Of a stretch of 64,000 bases of DNA, positions 29,491 through 39,758 are shown in pieces. This stretch comes from a virus. A program made the position numbers and the translations under genes. Under the pieces are notes generated by a model. That model was given only the letters and a program-made list of their open reading frames with translations. It ran no database searches and was not told the origin of the DNA. Every line of letters begins with the position of its first letter. Positions within the stretch are counted from its first letter, which is position 1. The stretch spans positions 74,060 through 138,059 of IMG/VR virus record IMGVR_UViG_3300020473_000020. One strand, 5' to 3'.

Positions 29491-29955
29491 ATGACCCGCA
29501 CCACGCACTTAAACGAAGGTGTCAACGGTTATGCTGCATTAAAGCTGATGCCCGAGGACGCGAAGGTTGTAACTGAGCGTCTTCAAGCACTGGGCGTCAA
29601 AGATGCGATCTCCGCTGACAAGCTACACCTAACGCTTTTATACACTCATGCCGATGTTGAGGAAAAGCCTGCGCTCGCGCCAGAGGCCATCCACCTAGCA
29701 TTTGCAAAGGGAGAAGCCCGTATTATGGGTAACCCCCCGTATAAAGCCCTAGTACTTGAACTAGATGCACATTCAGCCGTACAGCGTAACCACGAGCTTT
29801 GTACAATACTTGGCGTGGAGCATAGTCATGCTGAATACATCCCGCATCTTAGTCTCAAATATGGAGCAACCGCAGGCGATTTAGATAGAGTCGCCGATGC
29901 CTTTGATGGCATGGCTTTGCGGTTCTCAGGTGAATACATCGAAGACACAAATTAA
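29491..29955 (+). CDS. acb1: Acb1-like 2H phosphodiesterase (T4 57B family, anti-CBASS)
   Basis: KLHLTLLY and HSHAEYIPHLSLKY (HxT/HxS pair); about 150 aa. Confidence 0.75.
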   Translation: MTRTTHLNEGVNGYAALKLMPEDAKVVTERLQALGVKDAISADKLHLTLLYTHADVEEKPALAPEAIHLAFAKGEARIMGNPPYKALVLELDAHSAVQRNHELCTILGVEHSHAEYIPHLSLKYGATAGDLDRVADAFDGMALRFSGEYIEDTN

Positions 29956-29983
29956 GCCTTAAAATTTAGTATCAACGCCAGTA

Positions 29984-30014
29984 ATGGGCATCCCGAAGGG
30001 GTTGCCCATTTTTT
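29984..30014 (+). terminator. intrinsic terminator
   Basis: AATGGGCA-TCCCGAAGGGGT-TGCCCATTTTTT. Confidence 0.7.
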
Positions 30015-30145
30015 GTTGTTCAGCCCTGAAAACAATGCGGGTAGCGCGCCAAAACGTTTGCGACGCAGCGTAAGTCTGGTACACTGTCCCAGCCTGCGGT
30101 CTTTTAAATTATGACCGCTATAAGTTGATACTAGAGAAAATTAAT

Positions 30146-32407
30146 ATGAAACTAAAATCCTTATTCTTAGAAGGGTTCAAAGTCTTTGCAGAGCCACAGA
30201 CCTTTGACTTCACAGAGTACCCAGAGGACGGTCTTTGTTTCGTTACAGGTAAGAACGAAGTAGACCCAGAGCTAGGTGCCAACGGCGTTGGTAAATCTAG
30301 TGTATTTGATGGATTATGCGTAGCGCTCTACGGTAAGACCTCACGCGGCCTAAAAGCAGGGGATGTTGCTAGCTGGCAAGTGGCACATGACCTTGAGGAC
30401 AAAGCAGTCGAGGCTGAGAAAGCTGGTAAGAAGCGCCCAAGTCAGAAGGCATTAACGCCAAGCGTAACAAACCGTGTGGTTTTCGAAAACTACAACGGCG
30501 ACCTTTGTACAATAAATCGTCGCTGGAATCCTAATGTACTGACCTTGCAGATCAATGATAAGAAGCCAAAGAACGTCGACCAAAAAGAGCTTGATGCACT
30601 AATTGGTTACAACTTCGATGAGTTTCTTCAAGCAGCCTACTTCTCTCAGTTCCAAGATCTCTTCTTGGATATGTCGAGTACTGAGCGTTCAGCCCTAATC
30701 GCAAAAGTTCTTAATCTAGATGTTTGGGATAAGTACTCCGAAGAAGCGAAAAGGGATGCAGATGGCATCAAAAAGCAAGTTGACGAAGGCCGTAGTGGTA
30801 TTGAGCGCATTAAGGGTCAAATAGAGGAACTTGAAGGTCAGGATTTCTCTGAACAGATACAGGAATGGGAAGCCGAGCACAAAGCTGAGCTGGAAGGCTT
30901 AAAGGCTGACCTCGCTGACCATGAAGGTCAGGAAGATGCGATTAAGGCCGCCATCGAAAAGGCTACCAAGACTGTCGAAAAGGCTCGTGTAGAGCTTGAA
31001 AAGCAGCAGCTTGAAGTCGAAGACCGCGTTGCTCAAGAAACCCAGCCGATTCGGGCTGAGCGCGCAGACGCATTGGCTAAACTTGAGCTGGTTCTCGATA
31101 ATGCTAATAATGCGCTAACTGACCTAGAAGACGATGAATCGGCTATCAATGAGCCAGAGGGCATGGCAGAGCTTGAGGATAATATCGCGTCCCTTGAGAA
31201 GCAGGTTATAAAGCACGAGAGCACCTACGACCGTAATGAGGATGATATTCAGGCTCTAGAGAAAAAAGAAGCGAAGGTTAAGAAGCTTGAAGGCGACTGC
31301 TCAGCTTGTGGCCAAGCGATTACCGAAGAACATGTAGATCATGAGCTAGAGCATCTAGAAAAGCAAATTATAGACTTAGAAGATGCTAACGAAGCCATCA
31401 ACGAAAAAATTCGAAAGGCGAACCGTGAGCTACGCGTGGCCAAGAAAGAGCTGAAAGGTCTTAAAGACAGCATCAAAGAAAGTGCTGACGCTCATAAGGC
31501 TAAAATGCGTAAGGCTCGTGAAGAAGTTAAGGCTGCTAATGACGATATTAAAGCTAAACAGCGCGAGTTTGATACGCGTATAACTAAAGCTGAGCAAGAA
31601 GCACGTAAGGCGTCACAAGAGGTTTTATCAGGTCTCAACAGTCGCGTCACAGAGGCTGAGAAGGCTTTAACAGAGGCAAACGCATCCGAGAAGTCGTGGA
31701 AACGCATCCGAAATGACTTGCGTGACGATGTCTTAGACTGTGAAGAGGCCGTAAACCCACATAAAGCCCAGCAGGAAAAGAATAAGAAGCGCTTGGCCTC
31801 GTTGAACACAGAACGCGAGACGGCGTTTTCTGAACTAGAAAAAGTAGTTGAAAGCGAAATGGCCAGCCGTTATTGGGTAAAGGGCTTTAAGAGTGTGAAG
31901 CTGTTTGCTGTCAGCTCGGCGCTTAACGAACTTGAGGCCGAGGTTAACAGTGCACTAGACGGCCTAGGCTTGGGTGGATGGTCAGTCGAGTTCGACGTAG
32001 ACAAAGAGACGAAGAAGGGCACCCTTTCAAAGGGCTTTTTCGCCTTTATTAATAGCGCCGACAACCTAGAGCCTGTGAAGTGGGAAGCTTGGTCTGGTGG
32101 TGAGTCTCAGCGTTTAAGACTTGCGGCCAGTTTAGGACTAGCTAACATGATCCGTGCTTCAAAGGGTTTAGAGTTACCGTTTGAGATATGGGATGAGCCG
32201 AGCCAATGGATGTCAGATAGTGGTATCACTGGTCTTCTCGACGTTCTACAGCGACGTGCTCGCCGCTTAAAGCGTCAGATTTGGTTAATTGACCACCGAG
32301 GGTTGGAGCATCCGTTTGATGCTGCTATCGAAATCACGAAGACGTATGAAGGGAGCACTATAAAGAATGTATCACAATCATTCAGTGGCGTCGGCACTCG
32401 TTACTAG
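30146..32407 (+). CDS. sbcC: SbcC/Rad50-like ATPase
   Basis: GANGVGKS, Q-loop FSQ, long coiled coil with CSACGQ zinc hook, WSGGE, WDEP, IDH; ATG at 30146. Confidence 0.92.
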   Translation: MKLKSLFLEGFKVFAEPQTFDFTEYPEDGLCFVTGKNEVDPELGANGVGKSSVFDGLCVALYGKTSRGLKAGDVASWQVAHDLEDKAVEAEKAGKKRPSQKALTPSVTNRVVFENYNGDLCTINRRWNPNVLTLQINDKKPKNVDQKELDALIGYNFDEFLQAAYFSQFQDLFLDMSSTERSALIAKVLNLDVWDKYSEEAKRDADGIKKQVDEGRSGIERIKGQIEELEGQDFSEQIQEWEAEHKAELEGLKADLADHEGQEDAIKAAIEKATKTVEKARVELEKQQLEVEDRVAQETQPIRAERADALAKLELVLDNANNALTDLEDDESAINEPEGMAELEDNIASLEKQVIKHESTYDRNEDDIQALEKKEAKVKKLEGDCSACGQAITEEHVDHELEHLEKQIIDLEDANEAINEKIRKANRELRVAKKELKGLKDSIKESADAHKAKMRKAREEVKAANDDIKAKQREFDTRITKAEQEARKASQEVLSGLNSRVTEAEKALTEANASEKSWKRIRNDLRDDVLDCEEAVNPHKAQQEKNKKRLASLNTERETAFSELEKVVESEMASRYWVKGFKSVKLFAVSSALNELEAEVNSALDGLGLGGWSVEFDVDKETKKGTLSKGFFAFINSADNLEPVKWEAWSGGESQRLRLAASLGLANMIRASKGLELPFEIWDEPSQWMSDSGITGLLDVLQRRARRLKRQIWLIDHRGLEHPFDAAIEITKTYEGSTIKNVSQSFSGVGTRY

Positions 32408-33185
32408 TGATGAAGACCTAGAGGCGACCATTGTGTCGCTTCTAGACCAGATCACAGAGTACAAACGTGAGTACGAACGTTTAGACAAGAAAAGCATTCA
32501 GGCTGGTGATGATCTTGCCGAACGCTACCCAGTGTACAATGACTTGTACACGGCTGCGGCTGCAAATTTTAATAGGGTTGCGGCTGACCTTGAGAAATTA
32601 TCACGAGCAGATGAGGGAACTCTTGATAGAGCTGGCAGTGGTCAAGACCACGAAAAGGCGAGCAACGACGATGTAGAGGGTTCTACTTGCCATGACCTTT
32701 CAGGAAAGGGCGATGATGCACCTATTTCAGTTAACAAGCTCTACCGCCGAATAGCCCAATTAGCACACCCCGATAAGACAAAAGACACGAAACTTCATGC
32801 ACTGTTCTTAAAAGCAAAGGACGCAAGGAAGACTAAGTCGCTATCAGAGCTTATTAGCATACTGGCTACCATCACGGGTGAAGACTCCATCGACAACTCT
32901 TCGATTATAAGTGAAGCTGACCTACGATCTGAGCACTTGGCTCGTATTGCATCCCTAAGACGAGAGCTTGAAATGGTACAGATGCAGTATAACCAGCTAC
33001 GTAGCTCACCCATGGCCAAAATGGTTGAGTTGCTATCCACTGGGAGTGTCATAGCACGCTCTAAAGCCGAATTAATGTATAAGACTAGTATACTTGACAG
33101 AGCTAAACAGTTAGAGACGCGAGCGGCAGGTATGATGCAAGATATTGCGTTTAAAGAAGCGCTACGTAAGGATAGTGCGGTCTAA
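32367..33185 (+). CDS. J-domain (HPD) coiled-coil protein
   Basis: KLYRRIAQLAHPDK motif. Confidence 0.7.
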   Translation: MYHNHSVASALVTSDEDLEATIVSLLDQITEYKREYERLDKKSIQAGDDLAERYPVYNDLYTAAAANFNRVAADLEKLSRADEGTLDRAGSGQDHEKASNDDVEGSTCHDLSGKGDDAPISVNKLYRRIAQLAHPDKTKDTKLHALFLKAKDARKTKSLSELISILATITGEDSIDNSSIISEADLRSEHLARIASLRRELEMVQMQYNQLRSSPMAKMVELLSTGSVIARSKAELMYKTSILDRAKQLETRAAGMMQDIAFKEALRKDSAV

Positions 33186-33224
33186 CAAGACCGCACATTG
33201 CGTATAAGCGATGGTCGCGGTTAA

Positions 33225-33695
33225 TTAAGCTTTTTCGTCAGCCGCATTAGCCTCGGCATCCTTAACGGCCTGCTCAAGCATTTCATCAAAGTTGACAGGG
33301 GCTAATAGCATTTGCGGGAAGCCACCATGAAGTGCCAGCTGCGAAATCTGATGACGTGCGTAAGGGTAAAGCTGTGAAGGGCAGTGTGACCCAAGTAAGC
33401 CCACGAGTTCTTGCTCATTATAGCCTGCAATGTCAAAGATACCTGCTTGTTCAACACTAGCAGTGAACAACACCTTTTCTTTATCGTCAATATCTGTAAC
33501 TTTTGCGAGCACTTCTACGACAACCTCATAGGTCGTATCACTGAGCTTATCAGCACGCGTTTTTAAGTCGATCTCAATAGCAGGTTTCCATTCATCTAAG
33601 AACACGGCTGGCGTGTTTTCAGTCGTGAAGTTAGTGCTTTTAAAGTAGATCTTCTGTAGCTCAAACTTATATTCAATTTGTTCATTGTCAGACAT
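33225..33695 (-). CDS. secB: SecB protein-export chaperone
   Basis: LQKIYFK, W.P.I..DL, YEVV, VEQAGIF, HCPSQLYPYAR, GGFPQMLLAPVNFD. Confidence 0.93.
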   Translation of the reverse strand: MSDNEQIEYKFELQKIYFKSTNFTTENTPAVFLDEWKPAIEIDLKTRADKLSDTTYEVVVEVLAKVTDIDDKEKVLFTASVEQAGIFDIAGYNEQELVGLLGSHCPSQLYPYARHQISQLALHGGFPQMLLAPVNFDEMLEQAVKDAEANAADEKA

Positions 33696-33712
33696 TTTAT
33701 TCTCTCTTGTGT

Positions 33713-33988
33713 TTAGGGTTGGTTTCGTTCGTACAGAGCGCCTAAGCAGGCTTCTCTAATCGCATTAAGCTCTTGCGTAAAGTTCAAGCGCATGTCCTTA
33801 TCGTCACCTGCAAGGTCAAGCGCAGTCTGGCTTGAGGTCGCTAAGGCAACTTCACGCTCAAAGCCTTCGAGGGGTTTACCCTCAAGTACGTAGTTCTCAA
33901 GCTCCATGGTGATAGCTTGTCCAAATATCGAAAGATTAGGCTTAACTCGGGCAAGTCGTTGTTCGAGTCTTTCTGTTAGATTGCTCAT
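33713..33988 (-). CDS. hypothetical protein
   Basis: Start overlaps the upstream stop (ATGA). Confidence 0.55.
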   Translation of the reverse strand: MSNLTERLEQRLARVKPNLSIFGQAITMELENYVLEGKPLEGFEREVALATSSQTALDLAGDDKDMRLNFTQELNAIREACLGALYERNQP

Positions 33989-34257
33989 GTTGCTACCCCA
34001 TAAAGAAGCAGCTGGCCTTGAGCGTCTATACGTAAGTCTAAAGAATCACGGCGCGCTAGTTCCTGCTCGGTTAGCGTACGCTGTAATTCCAGACTATGGG
34101 GTGCAGCTTCGGGTATCATTTCAATATTATCTAGTATACTTAGTAGGTCTTTTACCGCGCTACGAAGTAAGGTGACTTCACTTTCTAAACATTGTTGGTT
34201 GTTAGCAGCGAAAGCTAGCTCTTGCTGAGAGACCTTAGTCATAAAAGTGCTCTCCAT
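33985..34257 (-). CDS. hypothetical protein
   Basis: Operon context. Confidence 0.55.
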   Translation of the reverse strand: MESTFMTKVSQQELAFAANNQQCLESEVTLLRSAVKDLLSILDNIEMIPEAAPHSLELQRTLTEQELARRDSLDLRIDAQGQLLLYGVAT

Positions 34258-35026
34258 GGAATTTAACTAATTTTTCTTCAAAGGTTGCCCAAAGGTTCTT
34301 GTCCCAAAGGTCGACCTCAAATACTTGAGGCTTGCCCGTCATAACTGCCATCGCGATAACACCATGACGGATATTAGTTCCGTGTAATTCGTTATGTGCA
34401 AGCGCATAAAAAAGAAGCTGCACGAAGTAGTCGCCAATGTCCTCACGCTTTTTTGGGTTCCGTGAGGTTTTGTAATCCAGAATGACGGGTTTGCCTTTCC
34501 ACACGCCTACAACGTCTGTTCTACCTGCGATACGCAATGACTCGCTATAGAGTGGCACCTCAAGCGCCCACGTTTCTTCGAAGTTACCTTCAAGCTCGTG
34601 GCACAATTCTTTAACTGCACGTTTTGCCAGCGGGTGGAGCTTATCAGGATTGATAGTCTCGTGTTTTAGATAGGCTTCCATAGTGTCATGCACTAAGGTT
34701 CCGTAGATGCCAGATTCTTCAAGAGTAGCTTGCGCCTGTTCTTCGCCTACGGCATCCCGCCATTCTTGTAATATTTTTGCCTTACTCTCATCTTGAGTCT
34801 TACTAAGCATGGTAGTGATCGAAGCAAAGCGCCCCGCAGGTGTTTTGTAGACACGACCAGTTGGCGATGTCTTGGCTTCGAGTTCAGTGTATGTATATCG
34901 TTGTACAATAGGTGGCGGTTTCGGTAGTACGTACGCGCGTGCTTTATCACGTGTAGAACGTCTAAACCGCGCACGCTTCGCTTTATCTTCCACGTCGGCT
35001 ATCTCAAGTCTCAATTTGTTGCACAT
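34235..35026 (-). CDS. PD-(D/E)XK exonuclease (phage exonuclease / MGME1-like)
   Basis: GRVYKTP, SITTML, GTLVH, EVPLYS, AGRTD, ILDYKTS, YFVQL..YA; true start may lie slightly downstream. Confidence 0.85.
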   Translation of the reverse strand: MCNKLRLEIADVEDKAKRARFRRSTRDKARAYVLPKPPPIVQRYTYTELEAKTSPTGRVYKTPAGRFASITTMLSKTQDESKAKILQEWRDAVGEEQAQATLEESGIYGTLVHDTMEAYLKHETINPDKLHPLAKRAVKELCHELEGNFEETWALEVPLYSESLRIAGRTDVVGVWKGKPVILDYKTSRNPKKREDIGDYFVQLLFYALAHNELHGTNIRHGVIAMAVMTGKPQVFEVDLWDKNLWATFEEKLVKFHGEHFYD

Positions 35027-35124
35027 ATTAGCTGAGACCCATTGAATAATCTAGTCATTGGTGCTGGAAACCAATAAGCCCTTTATGCAATAATCGCTGC
35101 GTAACAAGACGATGAGACAATGAA

Positions 35125-35661
35125 ATGGATAATGGTAACGTGATGCCCGTCGAGGGCGCGCCTGAAAGTCAAACACGTGCGACGATGAAAGAAGCTTTAG
35201 AACTCATAAGGGGTGCAGATATTAGTGGTAAGGCTGAACGCTTTATGATGGCTCAGCAACCGAGGGATCTATACCAACTGGCTAAGTCCATTGTGGACAA
35301 TCATAGCCAAGCCGTTGATACGGCGACACGTGATTACGTTCGAAAATACGCACCTGAGCATTGTACAACGGTGAATGACACCGAAGCCGTACTAGACGCG
35401 GTGGCTGAGAGTATTGAGTACTCTTGGATTACAGGTAAGGTCGATGATCCTATCCCTAAGTGCCATGTCAGATCGCATCTAAACCCTAACTGGGAACCGC
35501 TATATTTATTCGGTATACAAATGTTGCCGATAGAGCATGCAGTCGAGCATGGACTCTCACCCTATACTGTAGAGGACATACCCGCATATAAGGAGCGCCA
35601 CGGCAATCTGACCCTTTGTCTATATTGCGATAGCCTAGTAGAAAGTCCAAAGCTTCATTAA
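35125..35661 (+). CDS. hypothetical protein
   Basis: 178-aa ORF. Confidence 0.6.
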   Translation: MDNGNVMPVEGAPESQTRATMKEALELIRGADISGKAERFMMAQQPRDLYQLAKSIVDNHSQAVDTATRDYVRKYAPEHCTTVNDTEAVLDAVAESIEYSWITGKVDDPIPKCHVRSHLNPNWEPLYLFGIQMLPIEHAVEHGLSPYTVEDIPAYKERHGNLTLCLYCDSLVESPKLH

Positions 35662-35707
35662 AGTGTTGTACAATGTTTAGGTCGAGACACTGAGATATTG
35701 AGGCCAT

Positions 35708-36142
35708 TTGATTATGCTAGATAAAACACCACGTTGCCCACATTGCCAAAACTTAACAGTTATAGGTACCGTGGCAGGAAAAGCCGTAGCCGTATGTACT
35801 TATTGTGATAATGGGTTTGCTGTCGCTCATAGTGACTACGCGTCATTGTTGCAGTTACCAGCACAGCAAATAACGCGTACGCAGTTGGATAAGGCAATAG
35901 CCCAAGGGCTTGAGCATATACAATCGGCTACGCAGAAGAAGCAGGATGAGGTTATAGCTGCCGAAGCTGCGTTAAATGAGACAATTGAAGACCGCACAGA
36001 TGAGGAAAATCAGACGGCGGCTAATCTGCATTCTCAGCGTATGATGTACGCAGGTGTTATACAGGGTGCAGCTTCTTACCGAAACGTCTTAGCGACGCTT
36101 GTAGGACTCCCTAATACCACTCTTGCGGCACAACCTGAGTAG
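35708..36142 (+). CDS. zinc-ribbon hypothetical protein
   Basis: CPHC...CTYC. Confidence 0.6.
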   Translation: MIMLDKTPRCPHCQNLTVIGTVAGKAVAVCTYCDNGFAVAHSDYASLLQLPAQQITRTQLDKAIAQGLEHIQSATQKKQDEVIAAEAALNETIEDRTDEENQTAANLHSQRMMYAGVIQGAASYRNVLATLVGLPNTTLAAQPE

Positions 36143-36344
36143 CTGAAACCCCCTAGATAAGAGCCTATTGCGAAAAGACCCTGCCAGTGGTAAGGTCTTG
36201 CAGCGTAGGCTTTTTCTTTCATTTAAGTCTTGACTAAACCATTCGAAAAAGTAAAACTACGCCCCACGAATCGAATCAGCTATAGAGAGCTGAATAATTC
36301 GTCAGATTCTTATATTGATACTAAAGATAAAAAGGAAGCGTTCA

Positions 36345-38501
36345 ATGCTTGTACTTAAACGCGATGGTTCTAAAGAACCGTTTGACCTTGCTAAAATTAA
36401 GCAGGTTATCGGCTGGGCTAGTCAAGGTTTAGAAGTAAACCCATTACAGCTTGAGTCTAAAATCTCTGCTATTTTCAATGATGGTGTTGAAACCGATGCT
36501 ATCCAAGAAAACCTAACCTATGCAGCCCTATCTATGACGACGGCCGAAGAGCCTCATTGGTCATACGTAGCAGGCCGTTTACTTATGATGCGTCACTGGA
36601 AAGAGACTGACGAGACGCGACAAGGTCAAGGTTTCGCGAAATTCGTACGTACTCAGGTGGAAAAAGGTCTTTACTCTACGGCCATCCTTGATAACTACAC
36701 CGACGACGAGCTTAACACAGCAGGCCGTCTATTAGCCCCAGAGCGTGACCTTGACTACGACTTTGCAGGTGCCGATAAATTAATCAAAGGCTACCTAGTT
36801 AAGAACGAAACACCTCAAATTGCATACCTAATGTGTGCGCTACTGATTAATTCAGCTGCTAAAGAGAAGTCTTTTGACTTTGTACAAGACCTGTACGACG
36901 GTCTTAGCCTTCGCCGCTTATCACTAGCTACACCATTCTTGCGTAACCTGCGCCGTCCAGAGGGCAACTTATCGAGCTGCTTTATTATCTCGATGAATGA
37001 TGACCTTGACTCAATCTTTGATAATGTGAAGAACTTTGCGCGCATTTCTAAAGAAGGTGGCGGCTGTGGCGTATTGCTATCTAATATCCGCGCATCAGGC
37101 TCGTGGGTACGCGGTCGTAAAGACACGTCTAAGGGTGTTATCCCAGTAGCTAAGCTATTCAATGACACAGCCACTTACGTTGACCAAGGCGGTACGCGCC
37201 AAGGTGCTGTAACACTGGCTTTAGACGTTTGGCATGCAGACATTCACGCGTTTTTAGAAATGCAAACAGAAGTTGGCGACCACCGTGCTAAGGCGTTCGA
37301 TGTGTTCCCACAGGTTGTTATGCCTGACCACTTCTGGAACGTTGATAAAGAGAACGGCGACTGGCACTTATTCGACCCGTATGAGCTACGTACAAAGCTT
37401 GGCATCAACTTAGTTGATTGCTACGGCGACGAGTTCGTATCGCGTTATCAAGAAGCTGTGAAAGCCTACGAGAATGGTCAGCTTGAAATTGTTCACGTTG
37501 TTAAGGCTCGTGAGATCCTAAAAGACATCATTAAGCTGCACGTTGAGTCGGGTCTACCATACCTTTTCAATAAGTGTACTGTTAACCGTCTTAATCCTAA
37601 TAAACACGAAGGCATTATCCCATGTGGTAACCTTTGCGTTGAGTCATACTCAAACGTACTGGCAGATGAAGAAGCACACACGTGTAACCTGATCTCTGTT
37701 AACTTAGCGAATCAGCCTGACTTCTTCGCATTAGAAGTATCGTGTCGTACAGCTGTTCGTGCACTAGACTACGCGATTGACTTAACGACTACGCCTATCC
37801 GTGAATCAAACGTACATAATAACAAGTATCGCACCATTGGCGTAGGCGCTATGGGTCTAAACGATTTCTTAGCAGCACGTAATACAAACTACGAAGCTGG
37901 TATGGATCTGATTAATGAGCTGTTCGAAGAGTTCGCCTATGCGTGTATCTCTGAGAGTATCAAGTTATCAAGTGAGCTTGCACCATTCACAGCCTTCAAA
38001 GGTTCAATGTGGGACACTGGTGAGCGTATTGAAGAATTTGCTAAGCACTCATCAGACCCTGCTCGTTGGGAAGCTCTACAAGTAGACATCAACAAGCATG
38101 GTATTCGTAATAGCCAGATCATGGCAATTGCGCCGAATACATCTAGCTCAGTGATCCATGGCTGTGTTGCATCAATCTTACCAGTATGGTCAGCGTTGTT
38201 CTACGATGAGAGTAACAACCGTGCAGTACCAATTGTGCCACCATATCTGCAAGAGAACCCAATGGGCTACAAGCCTTATAAGCACTACTCTAAGATGACG
38301 ATGAATGACATCGTATCGACGGTACAACGTTGGATTGATACTGGTATTTCGTACGAAATGACGTTCGACTTAAACAACCAATCAGAAGATGCGTTTTACC
38401 GTTATCAAGCGCTACGTGATGCTTGGGAGAAGGGCATTAAGTGTATCTATTACACACGAAATGTAGACCTTGACTCTTCTTGCACAGCTTGTGCGAACTA
38501 A
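36345..38501 (+). CDS. nrdA: class Ia ribonucleotide reductase alpha subunit with ATP cone
   Basis: VLKRDGSKEPFD, ATP, NLSSC, GNLCVE, TCNL, IAPN, IYY, terminal CTAC; ATG at 36345. Confidence 0.96.
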   Translation: MLVLKRDGSKEPFDLAKIKQVIGWASQGLEVNPLQLESKISAIFNDGVETDAIQENLTYAALSMTTAEEPHWSYVAGRLLMMRHWKETDETRQGQGFAKFVRTQVEKGLYSTAILDNYTDDELNTAGRLLAPERDLDYDFAGADKLIKGYLVKNETPQIAYLMCALLINSAAKEKSFDFVQDLYDGLSLRRLSLATPFLRNLRRPEGNLSSCFIISMNDDLDSIFDNVKNFARISKEGGGCGVLLSNIRASGSWVRGRKDTSKGVIPVAKLFNDTATYVDQGGTRQGAVTLALDVWHADIHAFLEMQTEVGDHRAKAFDVFPQVVMPDHFWNVDKENGDWHLFDPYELRTKLGINLVDCYGDEFVSRYQEAVKAYENGQLEIVHVVKAREILKDIIKLHVESGLPYLFNKCTVNRLNPNKHEGIIPCGNLCVESYSNVLADEEAHTCNLISVNLANQPDFFALEVSCRTAVRALDYAIDLTTTPIRESNVHNNKYRTIGVGAMGLNDFLAARNTNYEAGMDLINELFEEFAYACISESIKLSSELAPFTAFKGSMWDTGERIEEFAKHSSDPARWEALQVDINKHGIRNSQIMAIAPNTSSSVIHGCVASILPVWSALFYDESNNRAVPIVPPYLQENPMGYKPYKHYSKMTMNDIVSTVQRWIDTGISYEMTFDLNNQSEDAFYRYQALRDAWEKGIKCIYYTRNVDLDSSCTACAN

Positions 38502-38585
38502 GCGCTACCCAGCGATATAAAAAGGGGGCATAGCCCCCTTTTTAACCTAAGAATTATATTAATCGAGACTTTGAGAATAAAAAGC

Positions 38586-39698
38586 ATGAGCGAAAGTATT
38601 ATTGACACAGTAGCCTTAAAAGAAGCAGAAGCATCAGCAGTGGCGTCACGCGGACTCGCACCAAGTGAAACACCCGTTGAAGAATTTAAAAAGGCAAGAC
38701 TGTTCAACCCAGAGGGTACTGACGAACTAACCGAGCGTAAGCTTATAGGCGGTAACTCAACAAACCTAATTCAGCTAAATAACACGCGTTATAAGTGGGC
38801 GACTTCTCTTAAAAAGACGATGTACGCTAACTTCTGGATCCCAGAAAAGAACAGCCTTCAAAATGACCGTTTCGATCAACTTTCTGATGACCAAAAAGAG
38901 ACGTTTACGGGGATCTTGAGCTTCCTGATCTTCTTAGACTCAATACAAACGGCGAACGTACCGAACATTGCTGACTACATCACAGCACCAGAAGTGAAGA
39001 TGCTACTTGCAATCCAGACATTCCAAGAAGCCATTCATGCTGATTCGTACCAGTACATCATCGAGTCGGTTATCCCTCGTGACCTACGCGACGGTATCTA
39101 TGATCGCTGGCGCGACGACAAGGTGTTATTTGAGCGTAACAAGCTCATCGCAGGTGAGTTCCAGTCATTCTTAGATAACCCGACGGAGCAAGGCTTTAAG
39201 CGAGTACTTATTGCAAACTACCTGCTTGAGGGGCTTTACTTCTATAATGGCTTCCAGTTCTTCTACCTACTAGCAGCACAAGGCGCAATGACTGGCGCTT
39301 CACGTATTATCAAGCTGATTAACAAAGATGAGCTAACGCACGTAACGTTGTTCCGTAACATCATTCTGGACATCTTTACCGAAGATGACCACGAGTGGGT
39401 TGTCGAAATGACGAAGAAAGCCGTTGAGCAAGAAGTGACATGGGCGCATCATATTATCGGTGACCGTATCTTAGGTATGGATAAAAAGTCATGTGAGCAC
39501 TATACGAAACACTTGGCCAACCGTCGTTTAATTGGTATCAAGATTGACCCAATCTATGAGGGCGTGGATGAGAACCCATACCGCCACCTAGAGGAACGTG
39601 CTGACATGCACGGCGAGGGCAACGCAAAGGGTGGATTCTTTACTGACAGCGCAGCCTATAACCAGTCAAACGCTGTAGGCGGTTTTGACAAGTTCTAA
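38586..39698 (+). CDS. nrdB: class Ia ribonucleotide reductase beta subunit
   Basis: NFWIPE, FLDSIQ, EAIHADSY, EGLYFYNGF, DELTH; ATG at 38586. Confidence 0.96.
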   Translation: MSESIIDTVALKEAEASAVASRGLAPSETPVEEFKKARLFNPEGTDELTERKLIGGNSTNLIQLNNTRYKWATSLKKTMYANFWIPEKNSLQNDRFDQLSDDQKETFTGILSFLIFLDSIQTANVPNIADYITAPEVKMLLAIQTFQEAIHADSYQYIIESVIPRDLRDGIYDRWRDDKVLFERNKLIAGEFQSFLDNPTEQGFKRVLIANYLLEGLYFYNGFQFFYLLAAQGAMTGASRIIKLINKDELTHVTLFRNIILDIFTEDDHEWVVEMTKKAVEQEVTWAHHIIGDRILGMDKKSCEHYTKHLANRRLIGIKIDPIYEGVDENPYRHLEERADMHGEGNAKGGFFTDSAAYNQSNAVGGFDKF

Positions 39699-39758
39699 GC
39701 CAGCAACTCCAAATATAAGCCAGCGCCTTGCTGGCTTTTTTCGTTAAGGAATTTCAAT

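Noticed and set aside
30125-30145. TTG-initiated 'MILK/MILE' N-terminal extensions on the clamp, sbcC and nrdA ORFs (and similar extensions on dnaX and SSB)
   Set aside because: They are translations of the shared TTGATACTA upstream motif; downstream ATGs match the family N-termini.
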